Shown here one piece after another: positions 20,792-31,720 of a DNA stretch of 41,272 bases. Position 1 is the first letter of the stretch; each line of letters starts with the position of its first letter. The stretch is from Craspedostauros australis (Eukaryota). The position numbers and the translations under genes were made by a program. The notes beneath the pieces were generated by a model, which was not told where the DNA came from, ran no database searches, and was given only the letters and a program-made list of their open reading frames with translations. Location: the NCBI GenBank assembly GCA_030167865.1, contig JALAGF010003411.1, forward strand, positions 1 to 41,272, written 5' to 3'.

Positions 20792-23725
20792 TTACTCGAC
20801 GTGAGGCATAAAAATCCGTTCCATCGAACTCACGACGATGTCTTCATGATCATCGAAGCCAGCTGTCTTGGTGTTATCCTCCATGTACTTGTCCCTGTCT
20901 GTCATGTACGGCTTCGTGTTTGTCAAAGATCTGCCTGCGACGAAGCCTTGCAAAGCACCCATGCCCGCCCCCGTCCACAGCCCGTTGCGCGCGCAAAAGA
21001 ACAGCCACTGTCTCCAGACAACATCAGCCAGCATGGTGCTGGGATTGCCGACGACGACGAACGCCTCCTCGGCGCGCGTCATGGCGACGTTGGCCCGTTT
21101 GGGTTGCCGGAAGACGCCGATGCGCTTCCAGACATCGTTGGAAATGAAATCCGTGCTGCAACGCGTCAAGCTGAGGACGATGACAGAGTACTCCACCGCT
21201 TGGTAATCCTCGATGGTGCCGACGTTGAGGGCGTTGTACCCCAGCTTTCGCAGCATGCGGCGGATGAGCACGACCTGACCACGGAACGGCGCCATGACAC
21301 CGATCTTGGCCGTGGAGATGCCGGATTGCACGAAGCTCGTGACGATCTTGCAGACACTGTCGGCCTCATCTTCGTTGCACCACGAGTCTTCGCCGCAGAA
21401 GGTCTCGACGGTGATGGACACGTCCTTGCCTACCGTGCCGTGAAAGTGGATGGGCCAAGAACGAGGTTCATGACATCGCAGCATAGGGATGTTGAGCGCG
21501 CTGGCATCCAGAATGGGAACATTCCCGAGTCCGAATGTCCTGTGCCGGAACAGCGTCTTGATTGATGCCCGCAGCTTGAGAGTCTCCGGCGTTGCGTTAG
21601 ACGCCTGCTCGAACTCATCGAATCCCTTTGCGCTCTGCAGCCGGTCGAAATAGAACAACGCCGATATCATCATGAGGAAGGCGGGATGGCCTCTGTAATT
21701 CATCGACATGAAGGTCGCCAAGGGATACTGGTGCAAGGCCTGGGACACGAAGTCCTCGACGCTGTTGAGTTGCGGACCCAGCATGTCGGTGCCTTCCGTG
21801 AGATCCCCGCTGTAGATGGGCAGCTGCAGGAGACGCTCCATCCAGGGCGTTTGCAGCCCTGCCACGGCCGCGGAATGAGAATACACCTTGGGACTGAGCT
21901 GTCGCGGATCGCCGATGAGAACGATCTCGGCAGCGCGCACGGCCTTGGGATCGACGACGACGCTGAGCGGGATGCTGGATTCGGCCTCCGTGGCCTGCGA
22001 GGCCTCGTCGAAGTAGAGATGTGTGAAGTGCGGTTGATCCACGCCACGCAGGCGTCCATTCGATGGCAGGGCGAGGTTGGATCGATCCATTTGGTCGTCG
22101 AACCAGGTATGGAAGCACTGGCGGCGTTCGCGGAGCTCGTAGTTGGTGACGCCCGCGTCGTAGAGCATGTGGGCATCGTGGCAGGTGCACACGACGATGG
22201 AGAATCGCAACAGATCCCGTGACGATGGCATGGAGAAGGCGCCGATGGTATCATCCTGACAGCAGTACTGGATGATGGCGGACGGAATCGTGGAGATGGG
22301 ACGCGAGCAGTCCAACAGGCGGAAGAGCTGCGACTGGTCCAGCCCCAGCTGCTCGCCGAGCCTCTGCGTGATGACGTTGCATGCAGTGTGGCTAGGGGTG
22401 CAGACCAAGATGCGAACTCCAGGAAGCTTGATGCATTCCGCGATACTGGCCAGCAGGGCCTTGGTCTTGCCCGTTCCGGCCGGTCCGGTGAGGATGACGG
22501 GAGGGCGCATCGTGGCAGAGGGGTTTCTCGTTCTTGCCACCGTGGTATCGACGAGCTGCTGCTGGAACCTGTTGAGTCTGGGCGCTGCATCCACCGTGGT
22601 GGCTGTCCCTTTGGATGCTGTCATGTGCACTGCGGTGAAGGCTGGCTGAAGCGTGTTGCTGGGAAGTAGCGGTTCTTGGCTTGGCAGCAGCAGCGCCTCG
22701 CAGCACGAGGGCGGCAGCGAGCTCAACCACTGCAGCGCGGTGATGCAGCTGGAGTGCCTCTGCGTGCTGGGAACGAAGCGCACGTTGTACCTGGCACTGG
22801 GATAGGAGATCTGCATGCCCCCGGCGAACGGCGGCAGGAACCACGTGATGGCCACCTTGTCGTCTTGGCCGTTGCGGCTGCGAACCACGGCGACGATCTG
22901 CGACCGGATCTCCACCGTGGTGCCGAAGTTCTGAAATAGCTCGTTGCTGACCATGAAGCTGGGCAGCGAGATGGGTGTCATGGGCCGCAGCAGGCAGATG
23001 TCGCCGATGCGCAGCTCGGGACGCGCGTCGGCAATGCCTGGGATGGAGATGGTGGCAAGGCAGCTGCTGGGACCGATGGCGCCATCGGTGGGAGAGCGGG
23101 GGTACGTGTTCCAGCTGACATGCACGAGATGGTTGTACACGGAATAGCGCTCGAAGAGGATCATGTTCTCCGACCGCTCGTTGTCCAGCCACATCCTCAT
23201 GGCGCGGAAGTAGGTGGCCACGAACTCGTCCGTGCAAGCCTGAAAGCCATCCTCCACGGCCGGAAGCGGATTCATGACCTGGTTGCGACACAGCGTCTTG
23301 CTGTACGTCTGCACGGCGAAGTACATGTCGGGCGGACATCGGTACAGCGGCCGCAGCAGGGGATGCTGCGCCGCTGCGTTGAGCTGACCGGGCTCCGAAC
23401 CAGGCGACTTGCAGATGCACGGGTGATACGGGATCACCGTCTCCCGCGTGCGCTGCAACATGGGATCCATGTTGGGCATGCCGCGCGTCGGCAGCACTCG
23501 CGCCACCTTGTGCAGGTTGATCGCGCGGTACGACATGGGGACGTAGGAATCGGCCAGGATGCTCTTGGATTCCATGGCGGGGCGCTCATGGCTGTTCATG
23601 GCAGCAGGCTGCTGACGATGGGCGCCGCGCGATCCGTTCTTGCTGGATCGGGGGTTGGATTGCGGTTGTTGCGGCGCAGCGTGGGGATGTGCGTGCTGCA
23701 TCATTGCTCTACTGCGGTATGACAT
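20792..23725 (-). CDS. UPF1-like SF1 RNA helicase, MOV10/SDE3/Armitage-like
   Basis: Walker A GPAGTGKT, Ia ILVCTPSHTA, Walker B DEASQ, III IGDPRQL, NYRGHP, IGVMAPFRGQV, GTIEDYQ and VI RANVAMTRA. The N-terminal IPGIADARPELRIGD resembles the MOV10/SDE3 'VPG.AE.RPS...GD' motif. First ATG 23725. Confidence 0.87.
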   Translation of the reverse strand: MSYRSRAMMQHAHPHAAPQQPQSNPRSSKNGSRGAHRQQPAAMNSHERPAMESKSILADSYVPMSYRAINLHKVARVLPTRGMPNMDPMLQRTRETVIPYHPCICKSPGSEPGQLNAAAQHPLLRPLYRCPPDMYFAVQTYSKTLCRNQVMNPLPAVEDGFQACTDEFVATYFRAMRMWLDNERSENMILFERYSVYNHLVHVSWNTYPRSPTDGAIGPSSCLATISIPGIADARPELRIGDICLLRPMTPISLPSFMVSNELFQNFGTTVEIRSQIVAVVRSRNGQDDKVAITWFLPPFAGGMQISYPSARYNVRFVPSTQRHSSCITALQWLSSLPPSCCEALLLPSQEPLLPSNTLQPAFTAVHMTASKGTATTVDAAPRLNRFQQQLVDTTVARTRNPSATMRPPVILTGPAGTGKTKALLASIAECIKLPGVRILVCTPSHTACNVITQRLGEQLGLDQSQLFRLLDCSRPISTIPSAIIQYCCQDDTIGAFSMPSSRDLLRFSIVVCTCHDAHMLYDAGVTNYELRERRQCFHTWFDDQMDRSNLALPSNGRLRGVDQPHFTHLYFDEASQATEAESSIPLSVVVDPKAVRAAEIVLIGDPRQLSPKVYSHSAAVAGLQTPWMERLLQLPIYSGDLTEGTDMLGPQLNSVEDFVSQALHQYPLATFMSMNYRGHPAFLMMISALFYFDRLQSAKGFDEFEQASNATPETLKLRASIKTLFRHRTFGLGNVPILDASALNIPMLRCHEPRSWPIHFHGTVGKDVSITVETFCGEDSWCNEDEADSVCKIVTSFVQSGISTAKIGVMAPFRGQVVLIRRMLRKLGYNALNVGTIEDYQAVEYSVIVLSLTRCSTDFISNDVWKRIGVFRQPKRANVAMTRAEEAFVVVGNPSTMLADVVWRQWLFFCARNGLWTGAGMGALQGFVAGRSLTNTKPYMTDRDKYMEDNTKTAGFDDHEDIVVSSMERIFMPHVE

Positions 23726-23777
23726 CAACGGCAACCTCACGCTGGGCTAAACTGAGGCAGAGTATTGAAATAGCGTG

Positions 23778-23826
23778 GAGCATAGAGCATAGAGTATGCA
23801 GTATGCAGTATGGAGTATGCAGTATG
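23778..23826. repeat. 7-bp tandem repeat (agcatag/agtatgc)n
   Basis: About 7 imperfect copies upstream of the helicase start. Confidence 0.7.
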
Positions 23827-24529
23827 GCGGTGCACCACGATTATGATCGCATGGTTGCGTGGACAGTGGTGCTTTTCTTTGCTTTCTTGGTGGGAAACTG
23901 CTTTGGTTGGGTTTCGTGGTGATCTTGCCCGCTTCTCTCCCTCGCTGCACTCTTGCACCAATTGATCGCACTCACACGATGGAACTGGGAGAGCACGGCA
24001 ACACGCAGAGACAAGGGGAAATCGAACTGTCGTTGGGCTGGCGGCAAATTCCAATCGTGTATCTTGGGTTCTCATGTACCACACGCAACAAGAGAAACGT
24101 GGAACGCAAAATGGGGCATTTGTCTGTTTTCCTCACTGACGATGGTACTGGATGAATGCGAGTAGTAGTCGAAGGCTGTACTGACCATTTCACATTGCAT
24201 GAACTCGCGCCATGTTGCACTGCGTGTGAGTGCTGGTGTGATGCTACTACTATATAATATAATAGAATATTATATACGCAAATTTAACAGTTACTATCGT
24301 ATGGGGTCGAGCAGTTGATTGCGAGAACCAAAGAGCCATCCTGCCGCGAACACATTCATTCCTGGACGGTTTGTCCATTTCGTTTTCATCCATCGTCTGC
24401 TTGGTATCGTATGTGTCTGCGTCTGTGGAAAACATCACTGTGGCGGCCTTGATTGACTGATTGATTGGTTGGACACTAATGTTGAGGGGGAGTCCTACAC
24501 GTATCATCAAAGCCAAAGAGGATACGGAT

Positions 24530-27500
24530 TTAGGCGTCGGCGTCGGTGTTTCCGCCAGCTGTGGCGTTAGGATCGAAGCATGCCTGGCAGCAGCTGCATC
24601 CCATCAGACAGTCAGCGCGGATGAACGGGTTGTTGGCGCACATCTCGGTTGGGACGCCGCCGGTGAGCTGGGTGCCAAAGAGGTTCACGGTAGTCAGTGT
24701 TGGGATGCTGGCGAGCTCGACTGGGATGGCGCCCCGGGTCTCGGTGAACTGCACGCTGAACGTCTGCAGCTTCGTCAGCATTCCGAGTTCCGCGGGGAGC
24801 TCACCGGACAGGGGCGTCGAGTGGATCTCGAGGTCGGTGAGGCCCGTCATCAGACCGATGGACGGTGGGATTGGTCCGGAGAAGCCCACGTTGTTGTCGC
24901 TGGCGTAGTTGGTGTGAAGGCGGAGGACGACCAAGTTGGCGAGGTTGCCGATGTCTTCTGGGATGGTGTCGGTGAAGAAGTTGTTGGACAGATCAAGAAG
25001 AACGAGGCCGATGAGGTCGGTGAAGTTCTCTGGGAGACCACCGACGAACTGGTTGTTGGACAGATCGAGCATCTGGAGGTTCACCATGTTGCTCAAGGAA
25101 TCAGGGATGGCACCAGTGATGCCGTTGGTTCTGAGGGAGAACTCGCCTGTGGCCATTGGATGCAACACGATGCATGGGATTCATTCGAGGGAGAGCGAAT
25201 AGTGTCAAGAAAGACAAAATAGGGAGCACAAAGTTAGTGCATGCGATAGTCATCGACAATGGAACAGAGTGCAAGTCATCTTTCAATCGTTCGTAAACCA
25301 AAGAGGAGACAGGTCCCGAGATTACGCCATTGCACTCTGCCATGCATTCCATCATGCATTCTATCATGATGCTGCGCTGCATCATACGCTACAGGTATCA
25401 CTTACGGACGTTGACCAAATTTCCAATGCTCTCTGGGATGTTGCCGGTCAAGTCGTTTTCGCTCATATCGATCACTTCCAGCAGTGTCATGGCGGTGATG
25501 GACTCTGGAATCGCCCCTTCGAGATTGTTGTTCTGGAGGGAGAGAACGACGAGGTTGGTGAGGTCACCCAAGGACAGCGGCAGAACGCCTTCAAGGTTGT
25601 TGTCGTGCAGCACCAGACGCTCGAGGGTATCGACGAGGGTGATCTCGAATGGGATCGGTCCATTGAAGTTGTTGTCGTGGAGGATGAGGTCCTCGAGAGG
25701 GCCGTTGGCGATGCCGGCTGGGATCGCGCCCTCGAGGAAGTTGGCAGACAGATCGAGGATTCTCATCGAGTCGAGGTTGCCCATGCCATCTGGGAGCTCG
25801 CCAGCGAGGCTGCACTGCTGCAACTCGAGGTGGGTGAGTCCCGTCATGAGGGTGACGTAGGCTGGGAAATCCTGGGGGTCGAAGTTGTTGAATCCGAGTC
25901 TGAATCTCTGCATGTTGGTGGCCGCGCTGAAGTCTGGGATGGTGCCGGTGAAGCCATTGCCGTCCAGGTCAAGGCGGAAGAGCTGGTCGAGATCGGACAT
26001 GCTGGCTGGCAAAGGTCCGTCCATTTGGTTTCTGGCCAATTGAAGGACTTGAAGGATGGCAAGGGTGGAGATGGTGCTTGGCATCTGTGAGTCGGAGAAG
26101 GTAACGGGGCATTGTGTGGATGGGTGCGTGGACATTGAGTAGAGAAGCGAGTGAGTGAGTGAGTGACCAGAAGCAATAGCTCAAGCGCAAACTATGACAT
26201 GAATATTGAATATTGAATACACGAGACTCTGAAGACGTACCTCGCCGACGATGGCGTTGTCGTTGAGGTCGAGGACGGCCAATCTCTCCATGTCGCCGAT
26301 TTCATCAGGGAGGTTGCCTGTGATCTCGTTGTTGTCCAACCAAAGCACGAGCAAGTTGGTGAGCAATCCGAGCTCGGCTGGGAGGCTGCCTCCGATCTTG
26401 TTGTGGCCCATGGTCATGCGCTCTGCGGTATGAAAGTCGGTGCGTGAGATGGGGTGGTGAAAAAGAAAAAGAAAGAGATAACGGTGAGGTGGATGCTTCA
26501 CATATTGACCGTGATGAGAGGCATGAACGCAAGATCGTGTGGATTGAGCATCCGACGCGTTGAACGTCACCACCTACGAGCAAGAGCAGCAGTTCACGTA
26601 CCCAAAGCAACGAGGTCACCAACGGCAGCCGGGATTGGACCCACAAGGTCGTTGAAGTCCAAGACCAGGCTCTCCAGAGTGACGAGTGTGAAGAGCGAGT
26701 CTGGGAAGGCGCCTTCCAGGCTGTTGTCGGTGAGATCGAGGACGCGGATGGCCTTGAGTCCGGAGAAGTCTAGGGTGCTGAAGTCGCCAGTGATGAGATT
26801 CTCGTTGAGGTAGAGCTGCTCGAGGAATTCGAGCTGCAGGAGACCGGCGGGGATGGATCCGCTGATCTGGTTGTCGCCGAGGCTGACGCGCGTGAGGAAA
26901 GGGATCATGCCGAGGGCGTCTGGCAGAATGCCGTTGACGTTGTTGTCGTCCATGTCGATCTCGACGACGACGTTGAGGGTGGAGTTGGCGTCCGCCTGCA
27001 GTCGGCGGCGCATGCGGGCATCGGTGGCGCTGACGCAGCCGACGCCGACCCAGGCGCACTCATCCTCCTCGACGAGCCATCCAGTCTGATCGGCCCATTG
27101 GAACTGCGAGTGGAACCAGAAGGCGAGGAGCCCGAAGCGCTGTTGCAGGCGGATTCTGCTGTCGGCGGTGTCCGGCTCGAGCTGCAGCGGATCCTCCTGG
27201 GCCACCCACTTGAGGGCCAGGGTTTCCGGAGACTGCGGATCGGCGAAGGTGGCCTCTCCCGTCGGTGCCATCTCCTCCATGAAGGTCTGGAGCCTGGCGA
27301 GGCGCTCGGCGGCCTCGTCGGTGTCGGGGTCCCCGATGTCCGGGATGTCCTTGGGTGGATTGGTGGGCTCGTCCTCGGGTTCCTCGTCGACTGGGTCCGG
27401 TCGCACATCCGGATCTTCGATGGCGGAACCCGGGACATCCGCGGCGGCTCGCGAGGTGCTGGTGTTGTCTCCGAAGGCGTTGGTGCCGAAGCCCACGCCC

Positions 27501-27862
27501 AGGATGATGGCCACGACGCAGAGAAGGAGGACGCCCATGATCAGAGCGCGGCCGTTGCCTCTGCGCGGCTCGTCGTCGCTAATGTCGTCCTCGTTCTCGT
27601 CATCGCCATCGCCGTCTTCGTTCTCCTGGCTGAAGTCGTCTCCCATTCCGCGGTTGTTGACGGCCATGCTGGGCATCACCTCCACGCTGCCGCTGTCGTC
27701 GACGTCCATCTCGACGCTGAGATCATCCTTGTTGCCTTTGGCGTTGTCGAACTCGGCCATTCCCTGGAACACCTTCAGCTGCTCCTCGTACGGAGGGATG
27801 CTGGGTGGTGGTGGTGGGAGTTCCACCGACGAATCGTCGCTCCCGTACTCGTAGTTGGCCAT
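24530..27862 (-). CDS. Type II membrane-anchored leucine-rich repeat protein (diatom type), 4 exons, about 912 aa
   Basis: Exons 27862-26602, 26422-26241, 26084-25406 and 25146-24530, with GTACGT/GTAAGT donors and CAG acceptors. They join in frame (2739 nt). The protein has an acidic N-terminus, one TM helix, a cap (SPETLALKW, QQRFGL..F, ECAWVGVGC), many plant-type LxLxxNxLxGxIP repeats and a C-terminal ADC..CSCCQAC. Confidence 0.88.
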
Positions 27863-27897
27863 GGTCGTCTTCTGTTGGTGCGAGCCTGTTCTGTTGC

Positions 27898-27943
27898 TCT
27901 CTCTCTCTCTCTCTATTGGTATTGGTATTGGTATTGGTATTGG
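27898..27943. repeat. Compound microsatellite (ct)n + (attggt)n
   Basis: Directly visible in the 5' leader of the LRR gene. Confidence 0.85.
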
Positions 27944-29491
27944 TAGAGGCGTGGGATGTGCTGTCGTTGTTCTGGATTGTGCACAAACACTGTTGTCCCT
28001 CTCTGCCCGCTTTCTTGCTTGCTTGACTTTCTTGCTTGACTTTCTTGCTTGCCTGTTTGTGTTCTTGCTTGCTCCAGCGCTTCGATCTGGTCAGCAACCT
28101 GCAACCTGCCTCACGCTTGTTTGTGTGAACGCCCGCAAGGAAATTGGTGATCCCCAAAGAGAAGCACCAACCATGTTGATTCCACTCACATCACTGTGCG
28201 CGTCGTTCCCGTTCCCTCCAACAGCAATACCAACAGCAAACCACCTACGTTGAGTTCACTGCCAAAATTTTGTGATGATGAATAAGAATGAATAATTCGA
28301 AATGCTCTGTGACACGGTGTGCGTGTCGTTAATGGTTATCCAGACGTTATTGTTGCCGAATTTCGTCATGTGTGTTCAGCAATGTTTCTCAACATAACGC
28401 ATCCCTCCAATGCTCGCGCACTCCACCTGGCGAAACCGATCTTCCGAACGCAGCAATCGTGCAACGTCGGAGTACCATTGGAATGCGAATGAGAAGATTC
28501 GCAACACCAATCTTGCATGGGTGCCTGACGCAAAGGCGGAAGCGCGGGACGGTGCACTTCGAGGAATGGGGTTCGCGTGTGTCGGCAACGCTCTCCTCTG
28601 CCCTGTCGATAGCAACTCAGATGACGATAGTTGCAGGTGCAAATAGTGTTCGCAAGAGTATTACCCACCAATGGAGCAGCAAACGAGCTGCTCCACAATC
28701 TACACAAGACACAGATGACGGAGGGTTGACACCATTGGAGGCCGCATCGGAGGAAGCAATCATGTGCGGAAACCATTGCGCCAAAGCTGTGAATAACATT
28801 GTGAATCATCATCATGCGGTCATGCTCCATGCCGACAAACGTCGGAGTAGAAACATGAAGGAACAGCAACCCGGCATCTTCCCGTCCAGGCCCCTGTGCG
28901 ATGTGGGAGGGGTGTTGATGACGAGGTGATGGATGGTTCTGTCTTCCCAGCATTGCATGTGAGAGTACCGTACAACCTCGGCCAACCGAATCAGGATATC
29001 TTTGAGAGCCATCTGTTGTACAATACATACAACTGTACTATACATACTGCTGTGATTCTCTCTCTATTGGCAGAGAGGCGCATTAGGTAGACTGAAGCAG
29101 TACTGTGGCTCTTGTGGAAGTGCCAACCCTCCAGTAGAGATCTTTGGAAATCACAAGAACATTCGATTCTCCAGAATTGTTGACATGTTGATCATTGAAG
29201 CGAGACGTCCTGTGATCACGTCCAGCGCTCATGGTACTACTATACAAGTTCAAGCACATATTCGTAGAAGTGCTCCGACGCTCCGGTCAAGGTGTTTTGA
29301 TCACTTCCAACGGTGACGACACTCTCTGGAAACCACAATCGCGTTCCACCAATATCCAGGGATGTGATTCTACCATACTGAATTTGTTTGTGTTGGATTT
29401 TATTCTAGAGAGTGGAGTGTTTGTATTTGTCGTATCGTTTGCTCTTTCTTTGTGCGTCTCTCTGTCTCTCTCTCTCTGCCTAACGCAGGAC

Positions 29492-31720
29492 TTAGTCGAC
29501 CTTGAGGGCGTTGTAGATGGCCTTTGTGAACCACAAGCTGGACAGGAATCCCACGGCTCCGCAGAAGAGACCGAAGAAGATGGAGATCATTCCCATGTAC
29601 GTGAGGTAGATGACGACTGGAAGCGTGCCGACCAAGTCCAGACGGCTGGACAGGAACCAGAGGCTGTAGACGTACAGGTAGAAACCGGCGGATGCGCAGT
29701 TCCAGAATGAACGCCACCACCAGCGGTGGTCCTCGGCGCAGAGCTGAAGGTAGCACAGCACGATGCTGACCTGGGCACAGGTGGCTGCGAGGATGGCGAT
29801 GACGGCAAGGAGGAATCCCATGACGTAGTAGATCTGGTGCAACCAAAGGGCGCTCATGATGAAGGCCAGCTCGATGCACACGCTGCCGAATGGAAGGATG
29901 CCTCCCATCAGGGCAGTGAGAGCTGGGTTCATGTGCCATGGAGCCTCCGGGACGATGCGAGCGATCTGGGTGGTCTTGGTTGGGACCTCGATGGTCTTGG
30001 CCTTGAGGCCGATGTACGATCCCAGGAAGACGAGCGGCGACGACACGCACACCCAGAGCAAGAAAAGCACGATGATGGTGAGGAAGGAGACCGCGGTGGC
30101 GGCACCGGCGACGCTGAGGAACATGTTGAGGACGGTGAAGATGGCCACGATGGCTCCCGGCAGCGCAGTGGCTGTCAGGATGGCATTCGTCTTCCACGCG
30201 GTGGCCTCGGTGAACTTGTAGATTCTGGCAGACACGTATCCTGCAACAGATCCACAGAGCACGTAGAGGAGGATCATGGATGTCAGCACCTGTCCCTTCT
30301 TGAGGGAGTTGGTGAGCTTGAAGATGGCACAGAGCATGGCAAGGATGAAGGCTGCGCCGATCTGGGCACCGGTTCCGACCGCGATGGAGAGGATCATAGG
30401 AGATGTCTCTGGCTTGCGGAACACGTCGCCGTGCACCAGCTTCCAGCCGGTCTCCTCCTGCGCATCCTCGATGGACTGGATCTCGTTGTATCCGGCGATA
30501 TCCTTGCGCAGGGTGCGGACCATGATGGTGGAGATGGCACCGGTCATGAAGAGGATGATCATGAGGGAGTTGACGATGGAGTAGTAGTGGATGCCGTCAT
30601 CGGGAGAGCCGACGAGGTAGACATCCCAACGGTCTGACCAGGTGAGCTTGTCGTTCCTGACCCATGTGATGTCGTACGAGTACACGATTGGCACAGGGCT
30701 GCCGTTGTCCTCGAGGGCGAGGTACTTGGAGGAGTCGTTCTCCACAGACATGCCGCTGCAGCTGGTGATCTTGTCGCGCTTGTCAACCTGCGTCTTTCCC
30801 GCCGGCATGTCGTGCTTGATGCTGACGGGGTGGACGTCGAATCCTGTGATGTGGTACCCGCCGCCCTCGACGTCGTCATTGTAGGTGACGGAGAACTTCA
30901 AGTGGTTGTACAGGTAGATATCCTTGGACGGGCCTCCTCCCACGGGCGGAGACTTGAAACCCAGGGGGTAACCGCGGATGGCGTAGTTGTAGTTCTTGCT
31001 GCGCATGAGCACCGGGAGGGTGTCGAGCTGCAGCTGAACGCGGTACTTGCGCTCGATGAGCTTGCGCATGAACTTGAGCTGCTTTCCCTGCACGTTGACA
31101 GTGCACATGACGGAGCACTCGGTGTTGACGGCCACCTTGACGTCGAAGGGGGCTGGCTTGAGGTCGTATCCCTGCAGGCGGCTTCCGAGGTTTCTGCGTT
31201 GACGCTGCTTCTTCCTGATGGTGCCCTCCTCTGGTTGGGAGCAGTGAGGAAGGTGGTAGTACTCGTACGGGACTTGAGTGTTGCGGGACTCAACTAGACC
31301 CGCATTGATCCAAACGAGCTCTCCGAAGTTGTAGATCTCCGGAGAGACGCCGGGGAAGAGGACGTTGGCCAGCGACACCTCGCGCTTGCGGATGAGGCCG
31401 CGCTTCTTCTTGTTGCGGAGGCGGTACTCGCGCAGCATCATGGCGCTCTCGGTGTTGGAGATCTCGTCGGCTCCCTTCATGCGCATCTGCTTGTACTGCT
31501 CGAGCTCGGCCTTCGACACCTCCTTGCGTTCCTTGCGGTTGAGGCGCTTTCCGTCGTCCAGCTTCTGGGCCGTCGTCTCCATCAGCTTGTTGGAGTTCAC
31601 GGCCAGCGGGCGCTTGTCCACCTTCTGCGTTGCTGCGGCCTTGGTGGCGGCGGCGGCGGTGCCTGCCGGTGATGACAATGCCAGCACCGCGGCGAGAAAC
31701 AGCGATGAGAATCCACGCAT
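29492..31720 (-). CDS. Transmembrane 9 superfamily protein (nonaspanin/EMP70, TM9SF2/4-like)
   Basis: Signal peptide, PYEYYHLPHC, NLGSRLQG, YLYNHLKF, W..RWDVYL, IHYYSIVNS, EETGWKLVHGDVFR, GGILPFG, EDHRWWWRSF and the C-terminal IYNALKVD. Confidence 0.95.
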   Translation of the reverse strand: MRGFSSLFLAAVLALSSPAGTAAAATKAAATQKVDKRPLAVNSNKLMETTAQKLDDGKRLNRKERKEVSKAELEQYKQMRMKGADEISNTESAMMLREYRLRNKKKRGLIRKREVSLANVLFPGVSPEIYNFGELVWINAGLVESRNTQVPYEYYHLPHCSQPEEGTIRKKQRQRRNLGSRLQGYDLKPAPFDVKVAVNTECSVMCTVNVQGKQLKFMRKLIERKYRVQLQLDTLPVLMRSKNYNYAIRGYPLGFKSPPVGGGPSKDIYLYNHLKFSVTYNDDVEGGGYHITGFDVHPVSIKHDMPAGKTQVDKRDKITSCSGMSVENDSSKYLALEDNGSPVPIVYSYDITWVRNDKLTWSDRWDVYLVGSPDDGIHYYSIVNSLMIILFMTGAISTIMVRTLRKDIAGYNEIQSIEDAQEETGWKLVHGDVFRKPETSPMILSIAVGTGAQIGAAFILAMLCAIFKLTNSLKKGQVLTSMILLYVLCGSVAGYVSARIYKFTEATAWKTNAILTATALPGAIVAIFTVLNMFLSVAGAATAVSFLTIIVLFLLWVCVSSPLVFLGSYIGLKAKTIEVPTKTTQIARIVPEAPWHMNPALTALMGGILPFGSVCIELAFIMSALWLHQIYYVMGFLLAVIAILAATCAQVSIVLCYLQLCAEDHRWWWRSFWNCASAGFYLYVYSLWFLSSRLDLVGTLPVVIYLTYMGMISIFFGLFCGAVGFLSSLWFTKAIYNALKVD

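Noticed and set aside
21700-23420. Long alternative-frame ORFs (296 and 342 aa) within the helicase, and similar antisense ORFs over TM9SF, PNPase, LRR and RluA
   Set aside because: Shadow ORFs expected from high GC3 codon usage of the real genes; no motifs.
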